NCBI GenBank assembly: GCA_041649135.1
Contig: JBAZNQ010000002.1
Location: forward strand, 1 to 39,237
Source of the DNA: Patescibacteria group bacterium
GTDB lineage: Bacteria; Patescibacteriota; Kazan-3B-28
DNA: 39,237 bases
Direction of reading: 5' to 3'
Under the pieces are notes generated by a model that made no database searches, was not told where the DNA came from, and worked only from the letters and a program-made list of their open reading frames with translations. A program made the position numbers and the translations under genes. Shown here piece by piece: positions 1 through 8,958 of the stretch. How positions within the stretch are numbered: the first letter of the stretch is position 1; the number at the start of each line of letters is the position of its first letter.

Positions 1-64
1 TCGCGCGGGCTCATTCGAGATAAAATCAGCTTTGAGCTTCACGTCGCTACACGAGTGTACCAAC

Positions 65-90
65 AAAGAGATGCTATCAGGCATCTCTTT
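65..90. terminator. Intrinsic terminator-like hairpin, possibly bidirectional
   Basis: Perfect 10-bp stem AAAGAGATGC-tatcag-GCATCTCTTT with A/T-rich flanks, located just 3' of the candidate minus-strand ncRNA. Confidence 0.6.
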
Positions 91-99
91 TCTTAGTGA

Positions 100-905
100 A
101 GAAAAAGTTAGCCAGACAACTACTTAAGCCAAGCCAGCCCATCGCGGGTATACCCGCCCGCAGAAACCGCTGCGCTTTTCAACCTGGCGTGGCCTAGCAG
201 CCGAATAATGAGGCAGACGTGGAGGTGTCAAACACTAACTCAGCCCTACTGCGGCTTGAAGGGCTGTTGTTCTTGTGTCATTACACCTTCTACTATCCAC
301 GATGGATAAGATCGAACTCCTGTAGAGCGTGGACTTATATCACGATGCGTGTGCTTATCGAACCTTTCTGTGTAACTAATTTGTAATAAGCGCTTCTTAA
401 ACGACTAGTCTCGCAGAGACTGATAACGCAAGTCTATAAGACCGTTGCCACTTGCTTAAGCAAAACGGGGCTGGAGCATCTCCTACGCCAGTCCCGTTAC
501 TTCGAGTAGATCCGCCTAATGGCAGGCGTTCTGCCTAGATTCCAGTTCTAGCACGGTGCAAGCGGATGCACGAAATCCTACAGCTCGTCTTCAGCTTTCG
601 CATTCGGTTTCCTCCACGGGCGTTAAGTACTATCCTTCGACCCTACCAATGTCAATATAACACATCGCATAAGGTGTTGTGTTAAACTTAGCTGAACCAG
701 TTCAGATCACACTCACTCCCCCTTCTTATCGTTTTCACTTTGCGTTGCCACTTCCCAATCCCAAGAGAACGGCTTCACCGTCTGCCTGCCCGGCGACCTT
801 AATGCCCGTGGCTGGCGGCTACACATACAGAACAAGGCGTTCCAGTACTGGCTTCGCGAGACCAATCTACTGGTAGCTTCACATCACGGCAGCCCAGACT
901 GCCAG
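100..905 (-). ncRNA. Candidate large structured non-coding RNA (~800 nt), family unassigned
   Basis: No credible ORF. At least 10 local hairpins, two nested long-range helices joining the ends (853-848 with 115-110; 820-810 with 139-127), a downstream U-run and terminator, and co-orientation with the upstream tRNA-Ser. Strand is inferred from that context. Confidence 0.55.
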
Positions 906-1104
906 TAATCGCGGTAAAGCCAAATCCCGCAAGCCATTGGAGTTAGTCCTGGATTGGAAAAACGCGCCAGCGGGTGGTGATCTGTTTGAACTGCGCGGAT
1001 TAGTCGCGCAGGTGGGTTCGAACTGGATTCTGGATTCGCGGAAAGTGCTCTGGGACTGGATTCCGCCTTACGCGCCGCTCGCGCGGCGCGCCTCGTATAC
1101 TAGC

Positions 1105-1194
1105 TGGCGGAGAGGGCGGGATTCGAACCCGCGATACCCTTGCGGGTATAACACGTTAGCAGTGTGCCGCTTTCGACCGCTCAGCCACCTCTCC
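1105..1194 (-). tRNA. tRNA-Ser(GCT)
   Basis: GGAGAGG acceptor stem, anticodon loop CT-GCT-AA, long variable arm (ATACCC-GCAA-GGGTAT), GGTTCGAATCC T-arm, encoded CCA. Confidence 0.96.
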
Positions 1195-1335
1195 TTAATT
1201 TCGCTTGTTTTTTAAATGGGGGGACCCCGAAATGGTCTAGCGAAGCGAACATTTTGGGGAGAAGGAAAAATGATTGAGCCCCATCAGCCGTTCTGCTGTA
1301 CGGCAGAACGTGCGTAGGGCGAGATTATTTTGACG

Positions 1336-1405
1336 TGGTACGCCCGGAGGGATTCGAACCCCCGACCTGTCCGACCGAAGTGTCGGACCGCTCATCCTCT
1401 TGAAC
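1336..1405 (-). pseudogene. tRNA-Arg-derived pseudo-copy with replaced anticodon arm
   Basis: 1336-1368 is identical to 1427-1459 (33 bp). A D-arm-like GTTCAAGAGGATGAGC is present, the anticodon arm is replaced by GTCCGAC-ACTTCG-GTCGGAC, and the 5' acceptor strand is absent. Confidence 0.7.
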
Positions 1406-1426
1406 GACAACTTGATATTTACTTTT

Positions 1427-1503
1427 TGGTACGCCCGGAGGGATTCGAACCCCCGACCTCTTAGTCCGTAGCTAAGCGCTCTAATCCCCTGAGCTACGGG
1501 CGC
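1427..1503 (-). tRNA. tRNA-Arg(ACG)
   Basis: GCGCCCG acceptor, anticodon arm CTTAG-CTACGGA-CTAAG, GGTTCGAATCC, CCA end, 77 nt. Confidence 0.97.
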
Positions 1504-1552
1504 ATAAAATATCTCATGTCCACTAAATGCTCCAACACTAAAAACGGGATTA

Positions 1553-2023
1553 TCACAAACGGAAGAATCGACCAATCTTGTCGATAGTGTCTTCGCCACG
1601 GCTGGCGTCCTCCGGTAGAAACTTTAGCAAGGTCTCTCTGACTTTGTCTACATTAGCATCCCCCAGTTGTAAAGTCAGCATTAATCCCCACTTTTTACTC
1701 GGTAACAGATTGACCACTCGGGTATCGTTCTCCAAAACTATCCAAAATGCCCGAAATTGGTCATACGACCGCAAAGCTTCACCCACCTTTACACCCGCTT
1801 CAGTCAGCTGATGTCCAAAATCTCTGGGTTTAGTTTGGCGCATTAAAATCGCCACCACTACGATCATCCCCACTACTGCCAAAGCCACCCACTCTTTTGT
1901 CCAGACTGACCAAGCCCCAATCATTGCCAAAGCCCCAATTCCAATCCACCAACCCCAAATTACCCCATTACTTTGGGTGGAAAATTCTGGAGCCCTCCAT
2001 TCATATAAAATTTTTTCTGTCAT
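1553..2023 (-). CDS. Conserved hypothetical membrane protein (two TM helices plus a small PH-like soluble domain), CPR-type
   Basis: 156-aa ORF with an EWRAPEF N-terminus, two hydrophobic segments and a beta-rich C-terminus. TATAAT lies 9 nt upstream of the ATG. Confidence 0.75.
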   Translation of the reverse strand: MTEKILYEWRAPEFSTQSNGVIWGWWIGIGALAMIGAWSVWTKEWVALAVVGMIVVVAILMRQTKPRDFGHQLTEAGVKVGEALRSYDQFRAFWIVLENDTRVVNLLPSKKWGLMLTLQLGDANVDKVRETLLKFLPEDASRGEDTIDKIGRFFRL

Positions 2024-2043
2024 AGCTCTTTCATTATACTAGC

Positions 2044-2129
2044 TGGCGGAGGGTGCAGGACTCGAACCTGCAAGGGCTTACGCCCACCAGTTTTCAAGAC
2101 TGGCGCAATAGCCGTTCTGCCAACCCTCC
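2044..2129 (-). tRNA. tRNA-Ser(TGA)
   Basis: GGAGGGT acceptor, CCAGT-CTTGAAA-ACTGG anticodon arm, long variable arm, GGTTCGAGTCC, CCA. Confidence 0.96.
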
Positions 2130-2229
2130 CTTAATCTAACTCTCAAGTTCATCTAAGACCAAAGCATACTCGTAGCTACTATCTTTATCAAATTTCCCTA
2201 TCGCCCCTGGCCCCTGATCCCTGATCCTC

Positions 2230-2273
2230 GCAGACCCTTCGAAGTTCTGCTGAACAGCAGAACGTAGTAGGGC
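2230..2273. repeat. Palindromic mini-element with a TTCTGC..GCAGAA module in its loop
   Basis: GCAGACCCTTCG...GTAGGGC arms match 31721-31752. The inner 18-mer matches 1291-1308 and 20814-20831. Confidence 0.7.
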
Positions 2274-2279
2274 TAGTTC

Positions 2280-4421
2280 CTAAAACCCAATATGGACAAA
2301 GTTTTTATACGTCACTTTTTTCAAATCCTCGCCCGATAAAGTTGAAATGCCAGTTCCACTAAACACGTCATGCATATTGTCTAACACCTCGCTCGCTCCT
2401 CCTGTCGCCACATCCAAGGACACCTCGCTTGACACACTCTGGAACAAATCCCAAGCCCCCTTGGCTTTATATACAAATATCGTACTCGCTTTACTAAATA
2501 CTCCACCATCTACGGGCAAGTCGGAAAAATGACTGTCCGCCAAATTGATCACTCCGTTCTTACCGGTATCATCAAATCCTACCCCACCTGCATCAACCGC
2601 CATTGCTCCTTTCGGGAAAACATCATACTCCGGCCAACCATTATCCAAATCATCTTCCGGACTATAAACGATCACCTGCCGCACCATTAAATCATCATTC
2701 CAGTCTTTGTTCTCCGGCACTAGCGCTGGGTCCGCTGGCATTTGCTCCATATCCAAGACTAACTGACGAATATTCTGCCGCGCCTCATACGCTTTCCACA
2801 ACCGACAGCTTGATTTTGTTGAGCCTTCCCAACCGACCATATTCGCCACTTGCATCATTCGAAAAGTGCTATCTAGCCCGTCTTCCAACTGCTGCTTAAC
2901 TTCCGTATTTTCCCATGCCAACACATCAGTCTTAGTTGTCTCGCGAACCGCCGTCAACGCCGTTGTCGCTCTCTGGGCATATTCTTTCGTCCTTGGGTCG
3001 ATCCCTTCCCCTCCCAAACTACTAACCTTATTCAAGTTCCCGATCATATAATCCAGCCCATTACCAACCTTGGTATACCAAGCGTCTTCATCCTCCCCTT
3101 GTAGTAGCTCCTCCATCTTCTGTTTATAAGCCGAATCTCCGCTCGACTGACGAGCCAGACCCGCCAATACTTTACTGCCTTGATATACCACCGTTGCGTC
3201 TACTTGTAGCTGCTCATAGATCGGCCGGATAATATCCTGACTAACGATCTCTTGCCACTTTACCTGCACCGGTGCGTTGTTGCTTGAGTCTCCGTCGGAA
3301 TCATTAAAGCAGGCTTTAGCTAATTCATTGCTCACTCGCCCAATCGCGCTAATCCCGATCGCTTGTCCGGTCAAATACGCCGACGGTGCGTCCAGAGGCT
3401 CCTCACCATTCCCGCCCACCACTACCCCAAAAGTTTTTAACACTCCCTTCCGTCGGGTTACCGCCGGACCATTACTATACGATACCGAAATTTCAATTAT
3501 CCCGTTGCTCCGCTCCTGCCATTTATTGCCAAGATACTTTAAAGTTTCCATGATCCGCCAATCCAAATTCATCGTCTCGTCGCCACCCTGCTCGATCCAC
3601 TGAACATCCCCTTCCGTTCCCGATGCGAACACTAATATCCCGCTATCTTTCAATGCCGTTACCTGCCCAGCCAGCGACACATGTTCCTTATCCTGAAAAC
3701 TCATTGGGATTGGGATCGAACCACCACCCTCATTAAAGGATTTGTGCCCCATCCCCGAAAACCAAGCCACAATTATTATGATCACTACGATAATCGCTAG
3801 CGCAATCCAAAAGTACGGACTTCGAGCGACTACCATCACCAGTTTCTTGCCACCCGCCGCTTTGGCTCCCGCCCCTGCCCCAGCGCCCGCTGTCCCACCC
3901 GCTGGGACTGGCGCTTTTACTGCCGGTTTCGGAGCTGGCTTCCCGGTTGATTTATTCGATTTCGCACTGGGCCTATCCGGCTGTTTCCGATTCAGTCTGT
4001 CCAAGTCTTCTTTGCCCGGCTCACGTCGTGAACTATCACCTCGTTGCGAATCTCTGCCTTTTCGACTGTCGTCTAATTGGGGCTGACCCCCCTCATCAGT
4101 CCCATCATCCATACTTTGGCCTTGACCATCTTCACCTCCCTGATCTCCCTCTCCATCTTCCTGTTCCTCGCTCTGTAATTGTTCTTCAACGTATTGTTGG
4201 TTCCTGTTAATTCTGTTATCTGGAGCTTGAGCCAAATCCTCACTCCCCTCATCACGATATCTGTCTCTCTCGGTGATGTCCTTCCGCATTTCATCCAGCA
4301 CCTCCCTGATGCGATCAGCCTTCGCTCGAGACATTTTTTTATCCAACAATAATCGCTCCACTTCTTGGTTAAAGTGAGCCAATCGCTGATTCAACAAATT
4401 GTCTTTGCGGTCTTCCGCCAT
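2280..4421 (-). CDS. Membrane-anchored hypothetical protein with a possible degenerate M15/LAS-like domain
   Basis: 713 aa with an acidic, low-complexity N-terminus, one TM (FWIALAIIVVIIIIVAWF), then LDWRIMETL, SAYLTGQAIGISAI and a terminal FVHIGF. Domain call is inference. Confidence 0.7.
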   Translation of the reverse strand: MAEDRKDNLLNQRLAHFNQEVERLLLDKKMSRAKADRIREVLDEMRKDITERDRYRDEGSEDLAQAPDNRINRNQQYVEEQLQSEEQEDGEGDQGGEDGQGQSMDDGTDEGGQPQLDDSRKGRDSQRGDSSRREPGKEDLDRLNRKQPDRPSAKSNKSTGKPAPKPAVKAPVPAGGTAGAGAGAGAKAAGGKKLVMVVARSPYFWIALAIIVVIIIIVAWFSGMGHKSFNEGGGSIPIPMSFQDKEHVSLAGQVTALKDSGILVFASGTEGDVQWIEQGGDETMNLDWRIMETLKYLGNKWQERSNGIIEISVSYSNGPAVTRRKGVLKTFGVVVGGNGEEPLDAPSAYLTGQAIGISAIGRVSNELAKACFNDSDGDSSNNAPVQVKWQEIVSQDIIRPIYEQLQVDATVVYQGSKVLAGLARQSSGDSAYKQKMEELLQGEDEDAWYTKVGNGLDYMIGNLNKVSSLGGEGIDPRTKEYAQRATTALTAVRETTKTDVLAWENTEVKQQLEDGLDSTFRMMQVANMVGWEGSTKSSCRLWKAYEARQNIRQLVLDMEQMPADPALVPENKDWNDDLMVRQVIVYSPEDDLDNGWPEYDVFPKGAMAVDAGGVGFDDTGKNGVINLADSHFSDLPVDGGVFSKASTIFVYKAKGAWDLFQSVSSEVSLDVATGGASEVLDNMHDVFSGTGISTLSGEDLKKVTYKNFVHIGF

Positions 4422-5864
4422 CTAAATCTTCATCACAAATATTCCGGTATCTGCCACCAACATCAACGTTTGACCGATCAAACTGTAGCTCATCGACCGG
4501 ATTTGTAAATCCGACTCCGACCCCACGAAGGGAATTATCGTCTTATCTTCGGTCTCCAAATTCACCTTCTCGAATGACTGGTTCGCCGTTACTACCACGA
4601 TTGCTTGGTCATGCAACCACGTGAATGCCATGTCCGAACGCGCCGCAACCCGCTCCAGTATCTTTGCCTCATCATTCGTAAAATCATAAATTTTTAATTT
4701 GATACCCCCATCATCATTGGCTAAATACGCCAATCTGCCACCATCGGGAGAAAACTGATATCTGCTCCCGCTTACCCAATCTTCCAATATTGCTGTTACT
4801 GTTTTAGCAACCAAATCAGCCAGTAATAAACTTTGGCCATTATCGATCACCAAATATCTGTCATCCGGAGACCAGACCAACTTTGCATCACCCAACGATG
4901 GTAGATCAATTATCACCCGCTCCCACTCTTGCCCATCCGGCAAGGCTCGCACCAATGAATATTCCCCATCAGCCGTATCGTAAACATAAACTATCTCATC
5001 TCCACTCGCCCCGAATGCTACCTGTCGGATGCTGTCATTCAATAGCACCGGCTGCCACCCAACCGCTTCTTTCAGATCATCATCAAACAACCAAGTAGTT
5101 GTGCCATTATATTTCGCCGCTCCCTGTTCCGGCCGCTCACCCAGCACCACGTATCTTCCTTTCACCCCCCGATTGTCCAACATATTAGTCAGGCTCACCC
5201 TCCCAGCCATCTTCACGATCGCCGCCGATGACGCCGGCGACCATGCCACATCAGACACATTAGCAAAACTCCCTCTAAACAAGGCAACTGTTGTATCATC
5301 CTCCAATTTCAGCAGCTTAAACGTTTTGTCTTGTGGATCAAAATAGGCTATCTCGTTCCCATCTTTACTTAATCGGACATCCTGCCACGTAGTTTCGCCC
5401 TTTCTCTCGATTACCGGAATCGGCAACAGCTCAAAACTCATCTCCGATTTTTCTTTCCGCACGATCGTAACTGTTTGTTCCAGTTCCAAAAAGCCGTCCT
5501 TGGCCAACGCCAGTCTATGTGCCCCAGCCGTCAGCTTCAGCACCTCCCCCGAGTCCACTTCACCATAACTGCGATCGTCCACCGTCAGATGAACTCCCTC
5601 CTGATTCAGCTCTAGCGTCAGTTCTCCCACATTGAACTGGATTCCGTTCAGCAAAAAGTACCCCGTTCCAAAAACCAGTATCGCCGCCAGACCCCCAATT
5701 GCAATTACTCCCCAATTAATCTTGGTTGTCCGTGGCCTACCTATATTAGGTAATTTAGGAGCTAGTGAAATTTTTGGTGTTCTGACCTGACTTTGCCGCA
5801 ATAATTCCGCCAACTCTTCGTCAGGTGTTTTCCCGCCCCCAGATTGATTTTTTAACTCATCCAC
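4422..5864 (-). CDS. PEGA-domain / TolB-WD40-like beta-propeller membrane protein
   Basis: 480 aa with an N-terminal TM, a PEGA-like segment (LTAGAHRLALAKDGF) and repeated WSP/FSPDG propeller motifs. Its stop abuts the start of the next gene. Confidence 0.8.
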   Translation of the reverse strand: MDELKNQSGGGKTPDEELAELLRQSQVRTPKISLAPKLPNIGRPRTTKINWGVIAIGGLAAILVFGTGYFLLNGIQFNVGELTLELNQEGVHLTVDDRSYGEVDSGEVLKLTAGAHRLALAKDGFLELEQTVTIVRKEKSEMSFELLPIPVIERKGETTWQDVRLSKDGNEIAYFDPQDKTFKLLKLEDDTTVALFRGSFANVSDVAWSPASSAAIVKMAGRVSLTNMLDNRGVKGRYVVLGERPEQGAAKYNGTTTWLFDDDLKEAVGWQPVLLNDSIRQVAFGASGDEIVYVYDTADGEYSLVRALPDGQEWERVIIDLPSLGDAKLVWSPDDRYLVIDNGQSLLLADLVAKTVTAILEDWVSGSRYQFSPDGGRLAYLANDDGGIKLKIYDFTNDEAKILERVAARSDMAFTWLHDQAIVVVTANQSFEKVNLETEDKTIIPFVGSESDLQIRSMSYSLIGQTLMLVADTGIFVMKI

Positions 5865-6019
5865 TTAGTCTGCTTTCCTTCAGCTTACTCGATTTAACTT
5901 TTCTAGCCACAATTCATGATTCATAATTCGTCATTCACCCTTTAATTATGCCGATTTTACTTCCAATCGCCAATCTTTATACGCAATCGCCGCCGCTTTC
6001 TCCCCCTCCTATCGCCCCC

Positions 6020-6048
6020 TTGACTTAAAAGCGTTTTTTTGCTATAAT
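6020..6048 (+). promoter_or_regulatory. Sigma70 promoter of the T4SS-like operon
   Basis: TTGACT-N17-TATAAT with extended -10 (TGcTATAAT), 25 nt upstream of the ATG at 6074. Confidence 0.8.
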
Positions 6049-6073
6049 TAAGTAATTAAAAAACCAAAACAAA

Positions 6074-8935
6074 ATGCAAAATCAGCTTCGGCGTGTTAGA
6101 CAATTTATTGTCAAAAATAAGCCCAAACTTATCTTGGGCGGACTTTTGGGAATTGCCCTCCTAACCGCTCTCTTGGTTCTCTCCCCCGCTAATGCTCTTA
6201 GCGGGCAAGGTATTGCCAAAACTATCTTCCTGGGCATATTCGAGATCTTCGGTACATTGGCAAATCTGCTCTCCCGACTCTTCCTCTCCATCATCAACAG
6301 TGTCATCCTCCCCGGCCAAAACAGTCTTATTTTTGGCACCCAACTCGAAAGTGTCTGGAAGGTCATGCTAACAATCGCCAACTCCATCTTCTTTATCGCC
6401 CTGTTCGTTTTTGCCATCCTTATCATCACCCGCCAAGCTGGCTACAATTTCAAAAAGGCCATCACCACCCTGATCGTCGCTGTCGTTATGGCCAACTTAA
6501 GTTTGGAAATTATCCGCTTGCTCATCGAAGCCGGTGATGCCTTGCGTAATACTGCCAGTCAACTCCCCGGCGTCGGCAGTAGTTCTGAAGAACTTGTTAC
6601 TTGGTTCAACGGGTTACTGTCCGATACTGAAATCAAAGAGATCGCTCTTAATGACGATAGCAGCCTCGGTCGCACCATCCTTCTCTCTTTTGGCTTGATG
6701 GCCGCAGAAATTGCGATCATGGTTGCCTTATTCAAATTGATGGGCGTGCTCATTGAGCGAGCCATCCGCTTGGCCATTCTTGCTATTTTTGCTCCCGTCC
6801 AAGTCGCCATTAGTATTCTCCCCCAAAAAGAACTCCAAAATATGGGCACCAACTGGCTTAGTGATGCGATCAAATGGGTCTTGGTTTTACCCATCGCTTT
6901 CATCCTCATCGGTGTCGCTCGAATCATCATGCCGTCTGATACTGCCGAAGCAGTCAAAGCCTTTCTTCAAGGAGCCGCCGAAACTGGTGGAGTAGATGCA
7001 ACTAACACCGGGACTCTCTTTCTTATTATCATTGGTATCGGTATTATCGTTGCCGCTGGTAACAGCGCCGCCATCCTCAAACTTCCAGTCGAAGCCGCCG
7101 CCAAATTCTTTAGTGGAGCCGCTGACAAAGCCACTAGCGCAGTCGGTAAATTTGCCTATCGTAATACCCTTGGTACCGCTGGGAAAGCCGCTGGCACTTA
7201 TGCCAAGACCCAGTGGGAAGCTGCCAAACAAACCAAATTCGGCAAAATTGTTGGTACACCAGCTCGTAAAGCTCGTGTCAGACAAGCCGCTGCCGAAGCC
7301 AAATTAGAATCCATGCAAAAACTTGGTCAAAAGGGAGAACAAAAACAAATTAATGCTCGTCTTCGGACAGACGCTAGTCGACAATTGCGTGCTTACAAAG
7401 AGAAGGAGACTGCTTATGTCAAAGCCCATGCCCAAACTGGCGACGATGTTGAAACAGCTATCCTGAAAGACGAATTCCGTCGGCAAGATCCAACCCTATC
7501 TAGTCGGCAACAAGCTGCTAAGCGCACCTACAATGTCACCACTCACAAAATGGGTGAGGAAAGACGCGAAATCAATGCTCCTGTAGAAACTACCATTAAA
7601 GAAATCAAAGACCTTGCCGCCAAACGCGCAAAGTTACTAGAAACCCACAGTCTTAATAGCGACGAAGTAAGAAATGTTGATGACGAATTAACAGGGCTAT
7701 TAGATTACGCTAGCGGTAAGGTTAGCAATAGCCCCGAAGGGCAAAAATGGGGAGAAGCCATGGCAGGTCTTGCAAGAGATCAGGAGGATGCTTGGGCAAT
7801 GTTTAAAGCTGATGCCGATGAAAGTGGACAAGGGCTCCAATTCCCCTATCTGCCCAGCGATCAGGTGTTGGGAAAGTATTCAGCCTCATCCGAGAATGAT
7901 AAACAAGTTGGCTCTGGTGCTCAACCAACCCATCTCACCGCTCAACAAGTTGATGATTTTGCTGCCGCTCAAGCTCAACACTCACAAGCCGAACAAAATG
8001 CTGACGCTACTGACCTCTCCGCCGTTACAGTATTAGGGACCATAGATCGTGTCGACCGGCTCAAAGTAGATATTGATCGGCTAGATCGAACCGAGATTCT
8101 GAACAACCCCGAAATCCTTCAGGCACTAGCATCGTTATCAGATGCCGACGCCAGAGGAGCCGACAGTTTAAGTGGTAGCACTAAAGATGAAATTAGCGAT
8201 ATCATGGGCAATGCTAGATTAACCGACGTTCAAAAAGCAGCCGCTACAGAAACCGCCCTGAAGCAGAACCCATATTTTGAATCCAACCCAACTGGCGCCC
8301 AAAGAGTTGCTGCTCTGTTAAGTCATGGGGGTGCCCAAAACTGGAACGCTTTACGGAATTTAGCCGCCAGTATCCGTGATGGTAGCGTTAGAAGTCAAGG
8401 AACTAGCGCTCCCAAAACCACATCTGAACTCGCCGATCTAGTTCAACGTCTTGCTTCTGCTCGTACTGCCGAACAAACCGCTCGCGCTAACTTGGGCGCT
8501 CTTGACCCAACTCACATTGTTCAAGCTGGTGATGCTTATACTGTTGCCGTTCAACAATCTACCAACCCGGATATTAGAGCAGAAATTGCCAGACTATATG
8601 AAGAATCAGTTCGCGCCCTCCAAAGTTCGATGGTTAAAGGGAGCAACGACGCCAGTTCTTTAGACGTTGTCAACCGAGATCTATTGCGTGATTTCTCTAA
8701 ACTCGTTCAATCAGATCTAAAGCTCGGTAGCGCTATTAGCCCAGAAATTAGTGATTGGGAAGATGGAATAGAAGTTGGCAGCAAACTGACAGTTGCCAAA
8801 GTTGTTGAAGAGTTAGCGCGTTTGCACCAAGCTGGATCTGCCACCCCAACTCCTCCAGCTAGTAGCGGGCCAACTCCTCCGCCAGCAGGTGGGGCAACAC
8901 CAACACCTCGCGGCACTCGCCGTCCTAAACCATAA
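6074..8935 (+). CDS. VirB6/TrbL-like polytopic membrane protein with a long soluble C-terminal tail
   Basis: 953 aa. About 8 hydrophobic helices in the first ~340 aa, including the VirB6-like motif ERAIRLAILAIFAPV, then a charged helical tail. Lies upstream of PrgI and VirB4. Confidence 0.7.
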   Translation: MQNQLRRVRQFIVKNKPKLILGGLLGIALLTALLVLSPANALSGQGIAKTIFLGIFEIFGTLANLLSRLFLSIINSVILPGQNSLIFGTQLESVWKVMLTIANSIFFIALFVFAILIITRQAGYNFKKAITTLIVAVVMANLSLEIIRLLIEAGDALRNTASQLPGVGSSSEELVTWFNGLLSDTEIKEIALNDDSSLGRTILLSFGLMAAEIAIMVALFKLMGVLIERAIRLAILAIFAPVQVAISILPQKELQNMGTNWLSDAIKWVLVLPIAFILIGVARIIMPSDTAEAVKAFLQGAAETGGVDATNTGTLFLIIIGIGIIVAAGNSAAILKLPVEAAAKFFSGAADKATSAVGKFAYRNTLGTAGKAAGTYAKTQWEAAKQTKFGKIVGTPARKARVRQAAAEAKLESMQKLGQKGEQKQINARLRTDASRQLRAYKEKETAYVKAHAQTGDDVETAILKDEFRRQDPTLSSRQQAAKRTYNVTTHKMGEERREINAPVETTIKEIKDLAAKRAKLLETHSLNSDEVRNVDDELTGLLDYASGKVSNSPEGQKWGEAMAGLARDQEDAWAMFKADADESGQGLQFPYLPSDQVLGKYSASSENDKQVGSGAQPTHLTAQQVDDFAAAQAQHSQAEQNADATDLSAVTVLGTIDRVDRLKVDIDRLDRTEILNNPEILQALASLSDADARGADSLSGSTKDEISDIMGNARLTDVQKAAATETALKQNPYFESNPTGAQRVAALLSHGGAQNWNALRNLAASIRDGSVRSQGTSAPKTTSELADLVQRLASARTAEQTARANLGALDPTHIVQAGDAYTVAVQQSTNPDIRAEIARLYEESVRALQSSMVKGSNDASSLDVVNRDLLRDFSKLVQSDLKLGSAISPEISDWEDGIEVGSKLTVAKVVEELARLHQAGSATPTPPASSGPTPPPAGGATPTPRGTRRPKP

Positions 8936-8958
8936 ATTTATTAAACTAAAACCAAAAC

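Noticed and set aside
1-64. Possible coding fragment at the window edge
   Set aside because: Too short to assign, and both strands give uninformative peptides.
300-421. Group I intron-like motifs (GAUAUAAGUCC, GAGACUAG) in the candidate ncRNA
   Set aside because: The matches to S/R elements are imperfect, I could not build a convincing P3/P7 core, and there is no interrupted host gene.
600-625. GAGGAAACC resembling the RNase P RNA GAGGAAAGUCC motif
   Set aside because: The partner P4 motif (AGAACCCGGCUUA-like) is absent and the region is about twice the expected length.
679-1599. ORF-track ORFs 679-876, 937-1215 and 1237-1599
   Set aside because: They overlap tRNA genes, repeats or the structured RNA region, and the translations have no protein-like features.
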